A program made the position numbers and the translations under genes. DNA of 64,000 nucleotides from Mobula hypostoma (taxonomy: Eukaryota): the NCBI RefSeq assembly GCF_963921235.1, contig NC_086097.1, positions 129,334,001 to 129,398,000 of the forward strand, read 5' to 3'. The notes under the pieces were generated by a model. It was not told the DNA's origin. It worked only from the letters and a program-made list of their open reading frames with translations, and ran no database searches. Every line of letters starts with the position of its first letter. Within the stretch, counting starts at the first letter, position 1. This document shows, piece by piece, positions 36,523 through 50,130 of this stretch.

Positions 36523-37339
36523 AAGAATATACATGGGTGAAGACAAGACAGACAACCGAGTTACACTCAGGGAAAGCAGACGGTCCCACTCAAAGCAGCT
36601 AATATTAATTGGCACCCTGTAGATAGCACTAAGAATAAAAACTCCAGTTGCAAGCAATTCCAATATAAACAAGATAGCATTAAGTGGGATTCACTTACTG
36701 CAGTATAAATACATTCATGATAAGAGTAAGCCTACTGTTAGCAAAATAATAACATCAAAAACAATGTTTTATCACAGTGTGAATTGCAACATGGTGGACA
36801 TATCAGAGATTGAAAGAGAATAACTGCAGTCAAGAAATACAGTATCATATTCTGAGACTGAATAAACTAACAATATGTAATAATATAGCAGAATGTGTTT
36901 GCAAAACAGTAACTAATATTTGTTCCACGATGTGATTATACATTGTGATAGACAGTATCATGTAATGACAGTGATGTATTGTATAAATAGTATTTGTGTA
37001 ATAGCTTTCAATCATTGTATAAATAAATACACAACTCTATTGATGCTTCACCTTGACAAGACAGACAAAAGCTGAGAGTGTGAAATAGGCATGTCTGAGA
37101 TCAATTCCTGGTTGATATCATGCTGGGAGACCACAAGTGACTATAATGTCCCTTTTCTCAAGAAATGCCTCCTGCTTAGGATTCATCCGTCTAACCACTT
37201 TCTGTTAACTGCGGCTGCAAATGTGGCCATTGGATGAGTTCAGAGCTAGGGATCAGCAAAGGGGCTGTAGCTGCCGAACAGCCTCAGGAGAATCATCACC
37301 CAGGAACATGCACAGAAAATGATAGTTCACTGAAGCAAA

Positions 37340-37745
37340 CATAAGGTGCTTGGTATGGCAAATGCTCTGCCCAAGAACGCAAGAAGTTGCAGAATCTTCT
37401 GAATACAGCCTGGTCCATCAGAGGAACCAGCCTCGCCTGTATTGAAGCTATCCCAGTGCCTTGGGGAAGCAGCCCACATAATCGCGAATCCCTCCCATAC
37501 CTGGTCATTCTCGCTTCTCCCCGCTCCATCAGGTACAAAAGCTTGTGAACAGGCTCAGGGATAGCTTCCACCCTGCTATTATAAAGCAGATTTCTTATAT
37601 GACAAAGAAGAACTAATGATTGCCCAGTCTACTTTGTCATGGTCCTTCCATTTTATTGTTTTCCTGCACTACACTTTCACTGCAACCAACACTATCATCT
37701 GTATTCTGTTTTTTTTTCCCATTTTTGTACTAACTTGATGTACAT
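37340..37745 (+). mobile_element. Rex1/Babar 3' fragment
   Basis: tggtatggcaaatgctctgcccaagaacgcaagaagttgcaga (WYGKCSAQERKKLQ) plus 3' UTR. Confidence 0.7.
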
Positions 37746-37759
37746 TTATTTACTTATTT

Positions 37760-38010
37760 ATTGAGATACAGTGCAGAATAGGCCCTTCTGGCCCTTCGAG
37801 CTGCACTGCCCGGCAACTGCGATTTAATCCTAGCCTAACCACGGGACAATTTACAATGACCAATTAACCTACCGACCAGTACATCTTTGGACTGTGGGAG
37901 GAAACCCATGCAAACATGGGGAGAACGTATAAGCTCCTTACAGACAGCAGCGGGAATTGAATCCTCATTGACTGTACTGTAAAGCGTTGTGCTAACCAGT
38001 CACCTTGACG
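37760..38010 (-). mobile_element. HE1-type V-SINE
   Basis: caattaacctaccgaccagtacatctttggactgtgggaggaaaccc...gggagaacgtataagctcc...gggaattgaatcc. Confidence 0.8.
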
Positions 38011-40204
38011 CCAGGATGGTTGAAGGAGAAGATTGAGTGAGGGGAAGGAAAGTGGACACTGAAGTAGGATACACCGGATGTAAAAGTCTCCACATTTGAC
38101 AACAAAGACAGAAACAAATGGTGCATGTATGAAATAATATAATCTCTTTGAAGGAATATAAAATTTCTCAGAGACTACTGGTTATTTCCTTGGTCACTAT
38201 CAGTGCACATAGCTATGTGGGAATATTGTAGCATCCATAGAGACTGAGGAGCACTTCTGATAGGTGAGATTCTTGATTCAGAATGTGTCATTAGAAACAT
38301 GACTCTCATGAGGTAATAATAACATTTTTATATATCAGGTGGCTGCCTTTTCCATGTTACAAGTTTTCCTGTGCTCCTTAATGCCACGAGGAATTTGGTT
38401 TATTTATGAAAGGACAGAAATATCCACTTGTGGGCTTCTTAATGCCAAGGCTCCTTGCTTGAAACATGCATCATAAAATTTCTTCAGATACAATGAGATT
38501 TCATTCTAAGTAAAACTACACAAAATTTTGAGTTGAGGTGGCATGGATAACCTTGGAGTAACTTTCCCATGAAGCTGCAATGGGTTATGTGGCATTGATC
38601 TTTACTTGGCAAAAAGAGCTTCTTTCAGATACCTTCTGTTGGGGGGGGGGGGGGTAGCTGCAAGAACAATATAATCAAGTTGGCAGGGCAGCCAGCCACA
38701 TTGAAGAAATTAATGCAAAATTAAAATCAATTTGTTTCATTAGCCAGTTAGGGTAAAGAATACTAAATGATAGCAAGCTAGTAAGTAAAATAGTTCCACC
38801 TGAAATATTTTTTAATCATGCTCTAAAGTTCTAAATAAAAATTGATGCTTACGCAGGCACTTAGGCAGAAACTAAAATTATATAATAATTTGAAAAAAAC
38901 ACTGCTTAAAACTTTGAAATAATGATTCTGGATGGAATCAATGGTAGATGTAAAGCTGAACCTTTTAGGACTAAAGGGTTGTTCAACAATAATTATGACT
39001 TCCTATCCCATTGCAACAAGAAACATTTTCAATGGTGTTAATCTATAAGGGGCTGATGGGCACATCAGGTGTGGGACATTCAGATGCATTCAAAGTCTTT
39101 GATGTTTATAACAGTTTGCAGATATAAGGGTTTTAGTAGTCTTCACTATTTTAGATTGGGATTTGAAGTCAAAAATCAATGTGAGATAAAATGGTGCATT
39201 ATCAAGTCACCTGTGATTTGATTACTTATTGTGTCACTCAAGCAATGATTCACAAGGCAGGGAGATGATTTACGTCTCAAGTGAGTCATATTCTTGTAGG
39301 AAACATTTGTTTGCAAACCTCCTGACAGATGAGAAATTTTGCTCAACATGCACCATGTTTTAAATAAACAAGGGAAGTGAATCATTCTTTGTAAATCCTG
39401 TGGATTATTAACGTGGGGAATGTTCCTACTAGTTGAAATGGAACAGGCTTCATCAGAGTTTGACTGCATAATGTTTTAATTACTGGACCAGTAATCCAAA
39501 AATATTGGCCTTAATCCAGAATCATGAGGTTGAAATTGAGGAAACTAAACTCAATTAATTAATTACAGTAAGTATGACAGTAAAAAACCTAGTACTAGTT
39601 ATCAGAAACAAAAGATGACAATGTTATCATAAAAATTCATGTGCATTTAGGGAAGGGTATCTATCTACATCACATGGTCTATCTTAAATGTGACTCCAGA
39701 CACATAGAACTAGGCTCATAGGGAAATACAACATGGAAATAGGCAACAGCAATTGCTTGTTTTGCAAGATGGGAGTTCGCTAAAGGCGAAATAATAAAAG
39801 TTGGAAGTGAGGCTAAGGTTACTATGTCTAACCAGGAGCAAGATTGACAGAAAATACAGAGGTAGGGCTGGGGGTCTGGTGACAAAGATGAACGGCTACA
39901 AATTATGAGTTACTTGGAAACAAATCATTGCCTTTGTTCCTTCACAAAGAGTGTTTCAAAATCTTTTATTTTGGAGACCTCAGTTCAAGAAATTATGTCT
40001 ACAGGTCTCCAAGCAAAGCTATAGAAAGAATCCATATGAGGAGTGATGTAAAGATTTACTTGTTCAAAGGAAATGAGCATAGCTGGCAACACCAGTCTTT
40101 GATGCCCATCCCTTGTTGTGCTAAAAACTGATGGGTTGCTGTGCTGAAAATTGGTGGCTTGCTGTCACTTCAGAGCCAAACACACTGGGCAGCTGACTCT
40201 GAGT

Positions 40205-40800
40205 TTCCTAGGGAGAGCACCTCCACTCCATCTACAAAATATGGATTTTCCTGATGGCCACCCATGCTAATTCGTGTTCTCATTCCTGTTCTGACATATT
40301 GGTCTATGGCCTCCTCTTCTGCCATGATGAGACAACTCTCAGGGTGGAGGAGCAACACCTCATATTCTCCAGCCTGATGGCATGAGCATCCATTTTCCCT
40401 TCTGGCAAATTTTGGCTTTCCCTCTTTTCTTTTCTTCTATTCCCCACTCTGGCCTCCTAACTCTTCTCCTTACCTACCTATCACTCCCCCGGTGCCCCTC
40501 CTCCTCCCCTTTCTCCCATAGTCCACCCTCCTCTCTTATCAGATTCCTTCTTCTTCAGCCTTTTGCCTTCTCCACCTATCACCTCCCAGCTTCTTACTTC
40601 AACCCTGTCCCCCACCCACCTCGCTTCACCTATCACCTTCAAGCTTGTCCTCCTTCTCTACCTAACCCCTCTCTTGCCACCTTTCTATTCTGGCATCTTT
40701 CTCCTTGCGCCCCAGTCCTGGTGCAGTCCCAAAATGTTGATTGATTCACTTCCGTAGATGCTGCCTGACCTGCTGAGCTCCTCCAGCATCTTGTAAGTTT
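40205..40800 (+). mobile_element. Penelope-like (Neptune-type) 3' end: endonuclease C-terminus, pyrimidine tract, pLTR repeat
   Basis: YGLLFCHDETTLRVEEQHLIF-like coding remnant, then a CT-rich tract, then agtcctggtgc...gatgctgcctgacctgctgagctcctccagc. Confidence 0.75.
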
Positions 40801-41274
40801 TGTTCCTCGGGATGTACCAGCTCGCTGTCACATCCCAAATATGTTCATGTAGGTCAGTTAATTGGCTACTGTACATTGTAGATGAGTGGTAGAATCTGGG
40901 AGGGGCTGAGGAGAATGTGGGGAGAATTTACTCAGCTGTGAACTTACTCGACCGAGCTGTATAGACCTGAGAGTTCATTGTTCCTCTACAGTTTGTGGTG
41001 CACTGGCTGCTCACAGGCATTAGGTGATAAAGGAATGCTGTCCCGGTCTTCTGCAAATCAGGACGCACAAGAGACTGCACATGCTGTGTCTCAGACCAAA
41101 ACATTGACTGTCCACTTCCCTCTGTAAGTGTTGCCAGACCTGTTGAATTCCTCCAGCATCAACTCGGTTGCACCACTCATTTCTTTCCAGGAATATAAAT
41201 ACGATAGTTGTGCTTAAGTGGAAACAGATATAAAAGTGGCGTTTAAGAAGCTATTGAACATGAGGATGCAAGGA

Positions 41275-41442
41275 ATTCTGCAGATGCTGGAAACCCAAAG
41301 CAGCACACACACAGCATGCTGGAGGAACTCAGCAGGTCAGGCAGCATCTGTGCAAATGAACAGCAGTTGGCGTTTTGGGCCGAGACGCTTTCCATAGATG
41401 CTGCCTGACCTGCTGAGTTCTCCCAGCATTTTGAGTGTGTAC
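41275..41442. mobile_element. Palindromic pLTR-derived repeat
   Basis: atgctggaggaactcagcaggtcaggcagcatct ... agatgctgcctgacctgctgagttctcccagcat. Confidence 0.8.
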
Positions 41443-41725
41443 GTGTGTTGCTTTCAACATGCAGGGAATGGAAGGATCTTGTGCAGGCAAAAGGGATGTA
41501 GTTTAAATTGGCAGACGTTGTTGGTCAGAGGGCATAACCTGTGCCCTGCTGTACTGATTTACATTGGATACCTGCTGAAAACTGCACACAGCAGGGCAGT
41601 GTAAGCCCCAAGGGCATTGTTTTAAGGTGAGGATATGGTTTTAGAGGGTGTCTGGGGAGGTTATTTTTCACCCAGAGTGATTGGAACCGGCAGCATCTGC
41701 ATTAGAAGGTGGTAGAGGCAGATAC

Positions 41726-42617
41726 CAAGACGGAAGCGGTTTGCCAGTTGAGTACCAGTGTCCCACCCACTCTACCTGCCTTCACTGTTGGTGATGAAAA
41801 GCTGCCAGTAGTGCCATCTTTCAAATATCTGGGGAGCATTCTCTCTGAGAATAGCGGCATTGACAACGACATCCAGAGCCATATTAAACAGGCATCAGCT
41901 GCCTTTGAGATACTTCGGCGTAGAGTTTTTCAGAACAGGAGCCTTCATCCCTCCACAAAGGTCACTGTATACTAAGCAGTCTGTGTCACCACCCTCCTTT
42001 ATAGCTGTGAAGCTTGGGTAATCTACAGCCGTCACATCAAGTTCTTGGAGCGCTTCCACATAAGCTGCCTCCAGCGCATCCCGGGAATTACCTGGCATGA
42101 GCGGGTGCCTCACACTGAAATACTTGTAAAGACCAACTGCGGGAGTATTGAGGCCATGATCACCCAGCGTCAGCTGCAGTGGCTGGGACACGTGATAAGG
42201 ATGCCCCCATATCAGCTACCCCGCAGAGTGTTATACAGCCTGCTGCATCATGGTCGACGCTCAGCTGGAAGTCCGAAGAAGTGCTATAAGGATCAGATGA
42301 AGAATGCTTTAAGGAAGTGCAAGATCAGACCCGAGGACCTGGAGGAAGTTGCTGCTGACCGTACCACTTGGCGACAACTGTGTAGGGACAGGGTTTGTAT
42401 TCTGGAGATGGAAAGAACAACCAGAAGACACCAGAAGAGAGCCAGGAGAAATGCAGCCATGATTGCCACCACTACCACATATACATGTCCCACCTGCAAT
42501 AGAGCTTGTGGGTCCAGGATAGGACTGTATAGTTGTCAAAGATCTCACTGTTAAAGGAGTGGACATCGTCATCGGATTTCGATGGACAACCGAAGAAGAA
42601 GAAGAAGAAGAAGAAGA
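41726..42617 (+). mobile_element. RTE-clade LINE, 5'-truncated, (GAA)n tail, 12-bp TSD
   Basis: VPSFKYLGSIL..., LERFHISCLQRI, QLQWLGHVIRM and a C-terminal CPTCNRACGSRIGLYS..RSH. TSD agaggcagatac at 41714-41725 and 42618-42629, inside an old CR1 fragment. Confidence 0.92.
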
Positions 42618-44029
42618 AGAGGCAGATACGATGCAGCTGGGTAAGAACCTGAAACAACAATGCAGAGCAGGGTAAGGATTAAGAGCTAGTATGAGGGTCT
42701 TGTACTGATTGGGAATGGATAATCGCAGGCATAATGGGCCAAAGGGACAGCTTCAGGCTGTATGATTCTGTGACTCTAAACTTACTATGTGGCAATCATC
42801 TCTAATGGAATGTTTCACTCAACAAACAAAATCTACGTTTGGATATAAAGGCAGCAGAAGGCATTTCTTGACAACAGATCCAAACTTGAGTGCATGCCCC
42901 ATTACCACCACCTTTTGCATGCACATCATCTGTTTAGTAGTTTCTTTTTTATTTTTCCTTTCTGCACATCATGTCAGACCTTCTCTCTTTTTCTTCTTAT
43001 CCACAACCCCTTCCAGACTACGGATTTGATTAAGGCTATGGCATCTCCAACTACCCTTATTTCTAATGAATGGTCAGTGACTGGCAAAGGGAGAGTACAG
43101 TATTACAGTCCTAGTTGTTAACGCTGAATGCTCTAAATAATCCCAGAGAGGTAGGTTCAATGGAGTATCCTGATTGAGGAAAATGAGGGACAGAGAGAAG
43201 GGCAGAGGCAGACGTATAGATGGATAGGCAGACAGCAACAGAGAGGAAGAGGTTTAAGCAGGATATGCTAGAGTCTGTGGCCTTGTCAGCTGACAGCAAG
43301 GCCACCAATATTGTGAAATTAAAGTTGAGCAAGAGGCCAGAATTGAGAAGAGTAGAGATCTCAGAGAGTTGCCAATAGCTGCAGAAAATTACCTTCACCT
43401 CCATTCATTAGAGAAAGAGAACAAGCAGTATTCCCATCTGCTTTCATCTGCTCTTCCCCAAAGGAAAAGAACAAGTTTGATCATATTGCCTTCCTCAGTC
43501 ACATAAGCTACCGCTTCTCCCAGCTGTGGTTGACCTAACCCGGACCAGTCTAGGTGAACTAGACTGGTACACACGGAACAGAAGAGTCAAAATACATACA
43601 AAACAAGCAAGGAAAAAAGGCATTTTGGCTAGAACCTATCATTTGGAAATCTTACCTAAAGTATTCAGCTCATCTCCTCTCTTACTCAGAGGCTGGCCAA
43701 TCTGTCATTTTCTTTTGGCAGTTTAGGGGTTTCCATGCTTCTTTATGACAGAGAATGTGGCCATTTAGCCCATTGTGTCGCAGATCAATCCTTTTCCCCA
43801 TACTAGCTTTGGCTGTAACTTATTCTTCCTACATTGCCATCGACTCCCCCCTATTATTAAACTACATTCTAAGGGAAATGTATAGCAAACAACTAACTGG
43901 CACTGCAATAAGCAGGAGTCCTCACACAGGCCTTCAATCTGAATCAGCAACCATTCTTTTCTCCCTCAGATTCTGCTCGACAATAAGTTCTGCCTGTAGA
44001 TAGTTTATTGGTTTCCAGCGCCTGTATCC

Positions 44030-44210
44030 TCTTCTATACCAAATTGCATGTCTTTGAAATTTGGGAGGAAAGCAGATCATCCAAAGGAATTCCACATGGT
44101 CACAGGGAAAACATGCAAACTCCTCACGAACAGTGACAGAGGTCAGGATTGAACCCATGTCTCCAGCACTCTAAGGTAGTGGTTCTCCTAGCTGTGAACA
44201 ATGTGCTAGT
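44030..44210 (-). mobile_element. HE1-type V-SINE fragment
   Basis: gggaggaaagcagatcatccaaaggaattccacatggtcacagggaaaacatgcaaactcc...aggattgaaccc. Confidence 0.75.
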
Positions 44211-44568
44211 TTTCCAGCACTGATTGTTGTTTCTGCTACATAATGAACACAAAGGGGTGACCTAGTCATGATGTATAAAATCATGAAGGGCATAGATTAT
44301 TCCTAATGTTGGGGTACCACAAGCTAGAAGACATAGATTTGTTATTTTTAATACTTTATTTTCATCACACGCAGAGAAAAACTTCACTTTTGCGTGCCAT
44401 CTATAGAGATAAGACCAGAAGCTCAAAAAACACAGGGGCAGAATTACACCAGTCAGCCCATCGTCTGTTCTGCCATTCCATCATGGCTGATTTATTTTCC
44501 CTCCCAACCTCATTTTCCTCCCTCCTCCCCATAATCTTTGATACCCTTACTAATAAAGAACCTATCAA

Positions 44569-46683
44569 TAGACAATAGACAATAGGTGCAGGAGTAGGCT
44601 ATTCAGCCCTTTGAGCCAGCACCGCCATTCACTGTGATCATGGCTGACCATTCACAATCAGAACCCTGTTCCTGCCTTCTCCCCATATCCCTTCACTCCG
44701 CTATCTTTAAGAGCTCTATCTAACTCCTTCTGGAAAGAATCCAGAGAATTGGCCTCCACTGCCTTCTGAGGCAGAGCATTCCACAGAACCACAACCCTCT
44801 GTGTGAAAAAGTTTTTCCTCAACTCCGTTCTAAATTGTCTACCCCTTATTCTTAAACTGTGGCCTTTGGTTCTGGACTCCCCCAACGTCGGGAACATGTT
44901 TCCTGCCTCTAGCGTGTCCAATCCCTTAATAATCTTATATGTTTCAATCAGATCCCCTCTCATCCTTCCAAATTCCTGTGTATACAACCACAGTCGCTCC
45001 AATCTTTCAACATATGACAGTCCCCGCCATCCCGGGAATTAACCTCGTGAACCTACACTGCACTCCCTCAAAGACTAGAATGTCCTTCCTCAAATTTGGA
45101 GACCAAAACTGTACACAATACTCCAGGTGTGGTCTCACCAGGGCCCTGTACAACTGCAGAAGGACCTCTTTGCTCCTATACTCAACTCCCCTTGTTATGA
45201 AGGCCAACATGCATTAGCTTTCTTCACTGCCTGCTGTACCTGCATGCTTACTTTCAGTGACTGATGAACAAGGACACCTAGATCTCGTTGTACTTCCTCT
45301 TTTCCTAACTTGACATCATTCAGATAGTGATCTGCCTTCCTGTTCTTGCCACCAAAGTGGATAACCTCACATTTATCCACATTAAACTGCATTTGCCATG
45401 CATCTGCCCACTCACCCAGCCTGTCCTAGTCACCCTGCATTCTCATAACATCCTCCTCATATATCACACTGCCACCCAGCTTTGTGTCATCTGCAAATTC
45501 GCTAATGTTACTTATAATTCCTTCATCTAAATCATTAATTTATATTGTAAATAGCTGCGGTCCCAGCACCTAGCGGTACCCCACTAGTCACTGCCTGCCA
45601 TTCTGAAAAAGACCCATTAATCCCTACTCTTTGTTTCCTGTCTGCCAACCAATTTTCTATCCATGTCAGTACCCTACCCCCAATACCATTTGCTCTCATT
45701 TTGCCCACTAACCTCCTATGTGAGACCTTATCAAAGGCTTTCTGAAAGTCCAGGTACACTACATCCACTGGCTTTCCCATGTCCATTTTCATAGTTACAT
45801 TCTCAAAAAATTCCAGAAGATTAGTCAAGCATGATTTCCCCTTCATAAATCCATGCTGACTCGGACCTATCCTGCTACTGCTGTCCAAATATGCCGCTAT
45901 TTCATCTTTTATAATTGATTCCAGCATCTTCCCCACCACTGATGTCAGACTAACTGGTCTATAATTGCCTGCTTTCTCTCTCCCTCTTTTCTTAAAAAGT
46001 CGGATAACATTAACTACCCTCCAATCCACAGGAACTGATCCTGAATCTATAGAACATTGGAAAATGATTACCAATGCATCCACGATTTCTAGAGCCACCT
46101 CCTTACGTACCCTGGAATGCAGACCATCAGGCCCTGGTGATTTATAAGCCTTCAGTCCCATCAGTTTAATGCCATTTTCTGCCTGATGCGAATTTCCTTC
46201 CGTTCCTCTGTTACCCTTGGTCCTCTGGCCACTATTACATCTGGGAGATTGTTTGTGTCTTTCCTAGTGAAGACAGATCCAAAGTACCTGTTCAGCTCAT
46301 CTGCCATTTCCTTGTTCCCCATAATGATTTCACCCGTTTCTTTCTTCAAGGGCCCAACTTTGGTCTTAACTAATTTTTTCCTCTTCACATACCTAAAGAA
46401 GCTTTTACTATCCTCCTTTATATTCTTTGCTAGCTTACCTTCGTACCTCATCTTTTCCCCCGTATTGCCTTTTTAGTTATCTTCTGTTGCTCCTTAAAAG
46501 TCTCCCAATCCTCTGGCTTCCCATTCATCCTTGCTATGTTATACTTCCTCTCTTTTATTTTTATACTGTCCTTGACTTCCCTTGTCATCCACGATCGCCC
46601 CTTTCTCCCCTTAGAATCTTTCTTCCTCTTTGGAATAAACTGATCCTGCACCTTTTGTATTATTCCCAGAAATACCTACCATT
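44569..46683 (-). mobile_element. CR1 LINE, about 2.1 kb ORF2 remnant, 9-bp TSD
   Basis: KSPGPDGLH, GNYRPVSLTSVVGKMLE, QHGFMKGKSCLTNL, VDVVYLDFQKAFDKV and LVRPHLEYCVQFWSP over several frameshifted ORFs. TSD acctatcaa at 44560-44568 and 46684-46692. Confidence 0.93.
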
Positions 46684-46707
46684 ACCTATCAACCTCCACT
46701 GTAAATA

Positions 46708-46962
46708 CGGTGCCTATAAAAAGTATTCTCCACCCTTGGGAGGTTTCATGTTTTTTTTTTGTTTCACAACATTGAATCACAGTTTGATATTTGTAATTAA
46801 TTTAGAGCACTTTGTAGAGATCTGTTTTCACTTTGACACGGAAAAGTCTTTTTCTGTTGATGTGTGTCAAAAAAGACAAATTAAATCCACTGTGATTCAA
46901 TGTTGTAAAACAATAAATCATGAAAACTTCCAAGGAGGGTTGAATACTTTTTATAGGCACTG
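46708..46962. mobile_element. Tc1-like non-autonomous DNA transposon (MITE), TA TSD
   Basis: TA|cggtgcctataaaaagtatt ... aatactttttataggcactg|TA, with inverted arms of about 70 bp (caacattgaatcacag / ctgtgattcaatgttg). Confidence 0.9.
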
Positions 46963-46964
46963 TA

Positions 46965-48895
46965 TTACTGGGAAGTTAGAGAATTGGGAGCTTTTAAAAA
47001 CCAACAGAAGGCAACTCAAAATTCATTAAGAAGGTAAAGATGCAATGTGAAAGTAAGCTAGCCAATAATATTAAAAGAGATACCAAAAGTTTCTTCAGAT
47101 ACATAGTGTAAAAGTGAGGTGAGAGTGGACATTAACCAACCAGGAAATGATGCTGGAGAGGTAGTAATGAAGGGCAATGAAATGGTGCATGAACTGAATA
47201 AATATTTTGCATCAGTCTTCACTGTGGAAGACACTAGCAGTATGGTGGAAGTTCCAGGTATCAGGGAGATGAACTGTGTGAAGTTACCATAACCAGAGAG
47301 AAGGTCTTGAGAAACGAAAAGGTCTGAAGGTGGATAAGTCACCTGGACCAGATGGTGTACACCCCAGTGTTCTGAAAGGGGTGGCTGAAGAAATTGTGGA
47401 GGCACTGGTAATGATCGTTCAAGAATCATTAGATTCTGTCATGGTTCCAGAAGACTGGAAAAGTGTCACTCCACTCTTCAAGAAGGGAGAGAGGAAAAAG
47501 AAAGGAAATTAAGGCCGGTTAGTCTGACCTCAGTTGTTGGAAAGATGTTGGGATTAGTTGTTAAGGATGAGATCTCAGGGTTCTTGGAGGCACATGATAA
47601 AATTGGCCGTTATCAGCATGGTTTCCTCAAGGGAAATCTGTTGGAATTCTTTGAAGAAGTAACAAGCAGGATAATCAAAGGGGAATCAATTGAAGTTGTG
47701 TACTTGGATTTTCAGAAGGCCTTTGACAGGGTGACACACGTGAGGCTGCTTAACAAGCTACAAGCCCCTGGTATTACAGGAAAGTATGGATAAAGCAGTC
47801 GCTGATTGACTGGAGGCAAAGAGTGGGAATAAAAGGAGACTTTTTCGACTAGCTGCTGGTGACTGATGTCGTTCCACAGGGGTCTGTATTGGGACCGATT
47901 CTTTTTACGTTGTATATCAATGATTTGGATGATGGAATTGATGGTTATTGTTGAAAAGTTTGTAGATGACATGAAAATAGGTGGAGGGGCAGATAATTTT
48001 AAAGAAGTAGAGGGACTATAGAAGGACTTAGACAAATTAGGAGAATGAGCAAAGAAATGGCAGATAGTATATCATGTTGGGATGTGTATGGTCATGCACT
48101 TTTGTAGAAGAAATGAAAGGGTTGACTATTTTCTAAATGGAGAGAAAATGCAAAAAACTGAGGAGCAAAGGGACTTGGGAGTCCTTGTGCAGGAGTCTGT
48201 GGTGAGGAAGGCAAAAGCAATGTTAGCATTCATTTGAAGAGGACTAGAATATAAAAGCAAGGATGTAATGTTGAAACTTTATAAAGCACAGCTGAGGCCC
48301 CTTATCGTAGAAAGGATGTGATGAAACTGGAGAGGGTTCAATGGAGGTTCACAAAAATGATTCCAGGATTGAATGGCCTGTCATATGAAGAGTGTTTGAT
48401 GGCTCTGAGCCTCTATTCACTAGAATTCAGAAGAATGAGGGGTGACCTCATTGAAACCTATTGAATGGTGAAGGGCCTTGATAGAGTGGATGTGAATAGG
48501 ATGTTTCTTATGGTGGAAGAGTCTAAGACCAAAGGACACAGTCTCAGTATAGAGGGATGTCCATTTACAATGGAGATGAGGAAGAATTTCTTTAGCCAGA
48601 GGGTGGTGAAGCTGTAGAACTCTTTGCCACAGGCAGTTGTGGAGGCCAAGTATTTATGTATATTTAAGGCAGAGGTTAATAGTGCACTTGTGTGTTTATA
48701 ACGCTACCATGACAAGTTTCCTTTGGGATCGATAAAGTATCTATCTAGATTCTTGATTGGTCAGTGCATGAAGGGATACAGGGAGAAGGCAGGAGATTGT
48801 GGCCGAGAGGAAAATTGGATCAGCCATGATGAAATAGTGGAGTGACTCAATGAGCCAAAATGGCCTAATTCTGCTACTATATCTATACCATAAGA
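46965..48895 (+). mobile_element. CR1 LINE ORF2 remnant, degenerate
   Basis: DKSPGPDGVHP, VVYLDFQKAFDRV and the 3' tail aatggcctaattctgct; a small foreign tail insert lies at about 48683-48745. Confidence 0.9.
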
Positions 48896-49814
48896 TATAG
48901 TCTTATATAGACAATGACTTGGCCTCTACAGCCATTCATAGCAATGAATTCCACAGATTCACCACCCTCTAGTTGAAGAAAGTCCTCCTCATCTCTGTTC
49001 TAAAGGGATGTCCTTCTATTCTGAGACTTTGCCCTGTAGTCCTAGACTCCCACACTATAGGACACATCCTCCCAATATCATCCACTCTATCTAGGCCTTT
49101 CAATATTCAATTGGTTTAATGAGATCCCCTTCATTCTTCTAAACTTCAACGAGCACAAGCGCAGAGCCATCAAATGCTCTTCATACGTTAACCCTTTCAT
49201 CCCTGGGATCATTCCAGTGACCCTCCTCTGGGCCCTCTCCAAGGCCAACACAACTTCTCTTAGGTAAAGGGCCCGTAACTACTCACCATATTCCAAGTGT
49301 GCTCTAACCAATGCCTCATAAAGCCTCAGCATTCAATCCTTGTTTTTATATACTAGTTAGTCCTTTTGAAATGAATGGTGACATTGCATTTGTCTTCCTT
49401 ACTACCAACTCAACCTGTAAGTTAGACTTTAGGCAATCCTGCACTAGTCCCTTCACACCCCTGATTTCTGAAATCTCTCCCTGTTTAGAAAATAGTCTAC
49501 ATGCTCATTCCTTCTACTAAAGTGCGTGACCATGCACTTCCCTACACTGCACTCCATCTGCCACTTCTTCGACCATTCCTCTGATCTGTTCAAATCAAAT
49601 CCTTCTGCTGACTCCGTCCTGGCCCTTCCACCTATCATCTGCAAATTTTTTGCTGGTGCGTAGTTTGTGTGTGTCCAATCTCAACAAATCTGAAGAAAGT
49701 TGCTTCAGCAGGCCTGTGTCTTTGTGCATCTTACACACACAAGCACACCCTGGTGGGCACAGACAGCTCCTATGTGATCTGTGCTGCCATTTCGTCATAT
49801 CACTACATCAAGAG

Positions 49815-50130
49815 AGTAGAAGAGGAAAGTAATAACAGTATACAGAATAAAGTGTTACTGTTGCAGATTAAAGTGCTGTGCAGGCAGATAATCAGTTGCA
49901 AGGCCACCGAGATTGTGAGGTCAAGTGTCCATCTTGTCATACAAAGGGACTGTTCAATACTCTCATAACAGTGGGACAGAAGTTCATCTTGAGTCTGGTG
50001 GTATGTACTTTCAGGCTCTTGTTGTTTCTGCCCAGTGGGAGTGGGGGAAAGATAGAATGTTCTGGGTGGCTGGGGTCTCTCATTCTGTTGGATGCTTGTC
50101 GGAGGGAGGGAGAACCGTAGGTAGAGTCTA
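49815..50130 (-). mobile_element. Rex-type 3' tail fragment
   Basis: Homologous to 23990-24290 (gagattgtgaggtcaa..gtccatctt.tc.tacaaggg). Confidence 0.7.

Larger units (their letters stand above)
44410..49645 (-). mobile_element. Outer (host) CR1 fragment of a multi-layer nest; pieces at about 44410-44568, 46684-46707 and 48905-49645
   Basis: The pieces rejoin as ...aagaacctatcaacctccactgtaaata|..caatgacttggcctc..., matching the other CR1 tails in the window. Confidence 0.75.

Noticed and set aside
43278..43306. Imperfect palindrome gtggccttg...caaggccac
   Set aside because: Lies within a degenerate L2-like relic; short and unsupported as a functional element.
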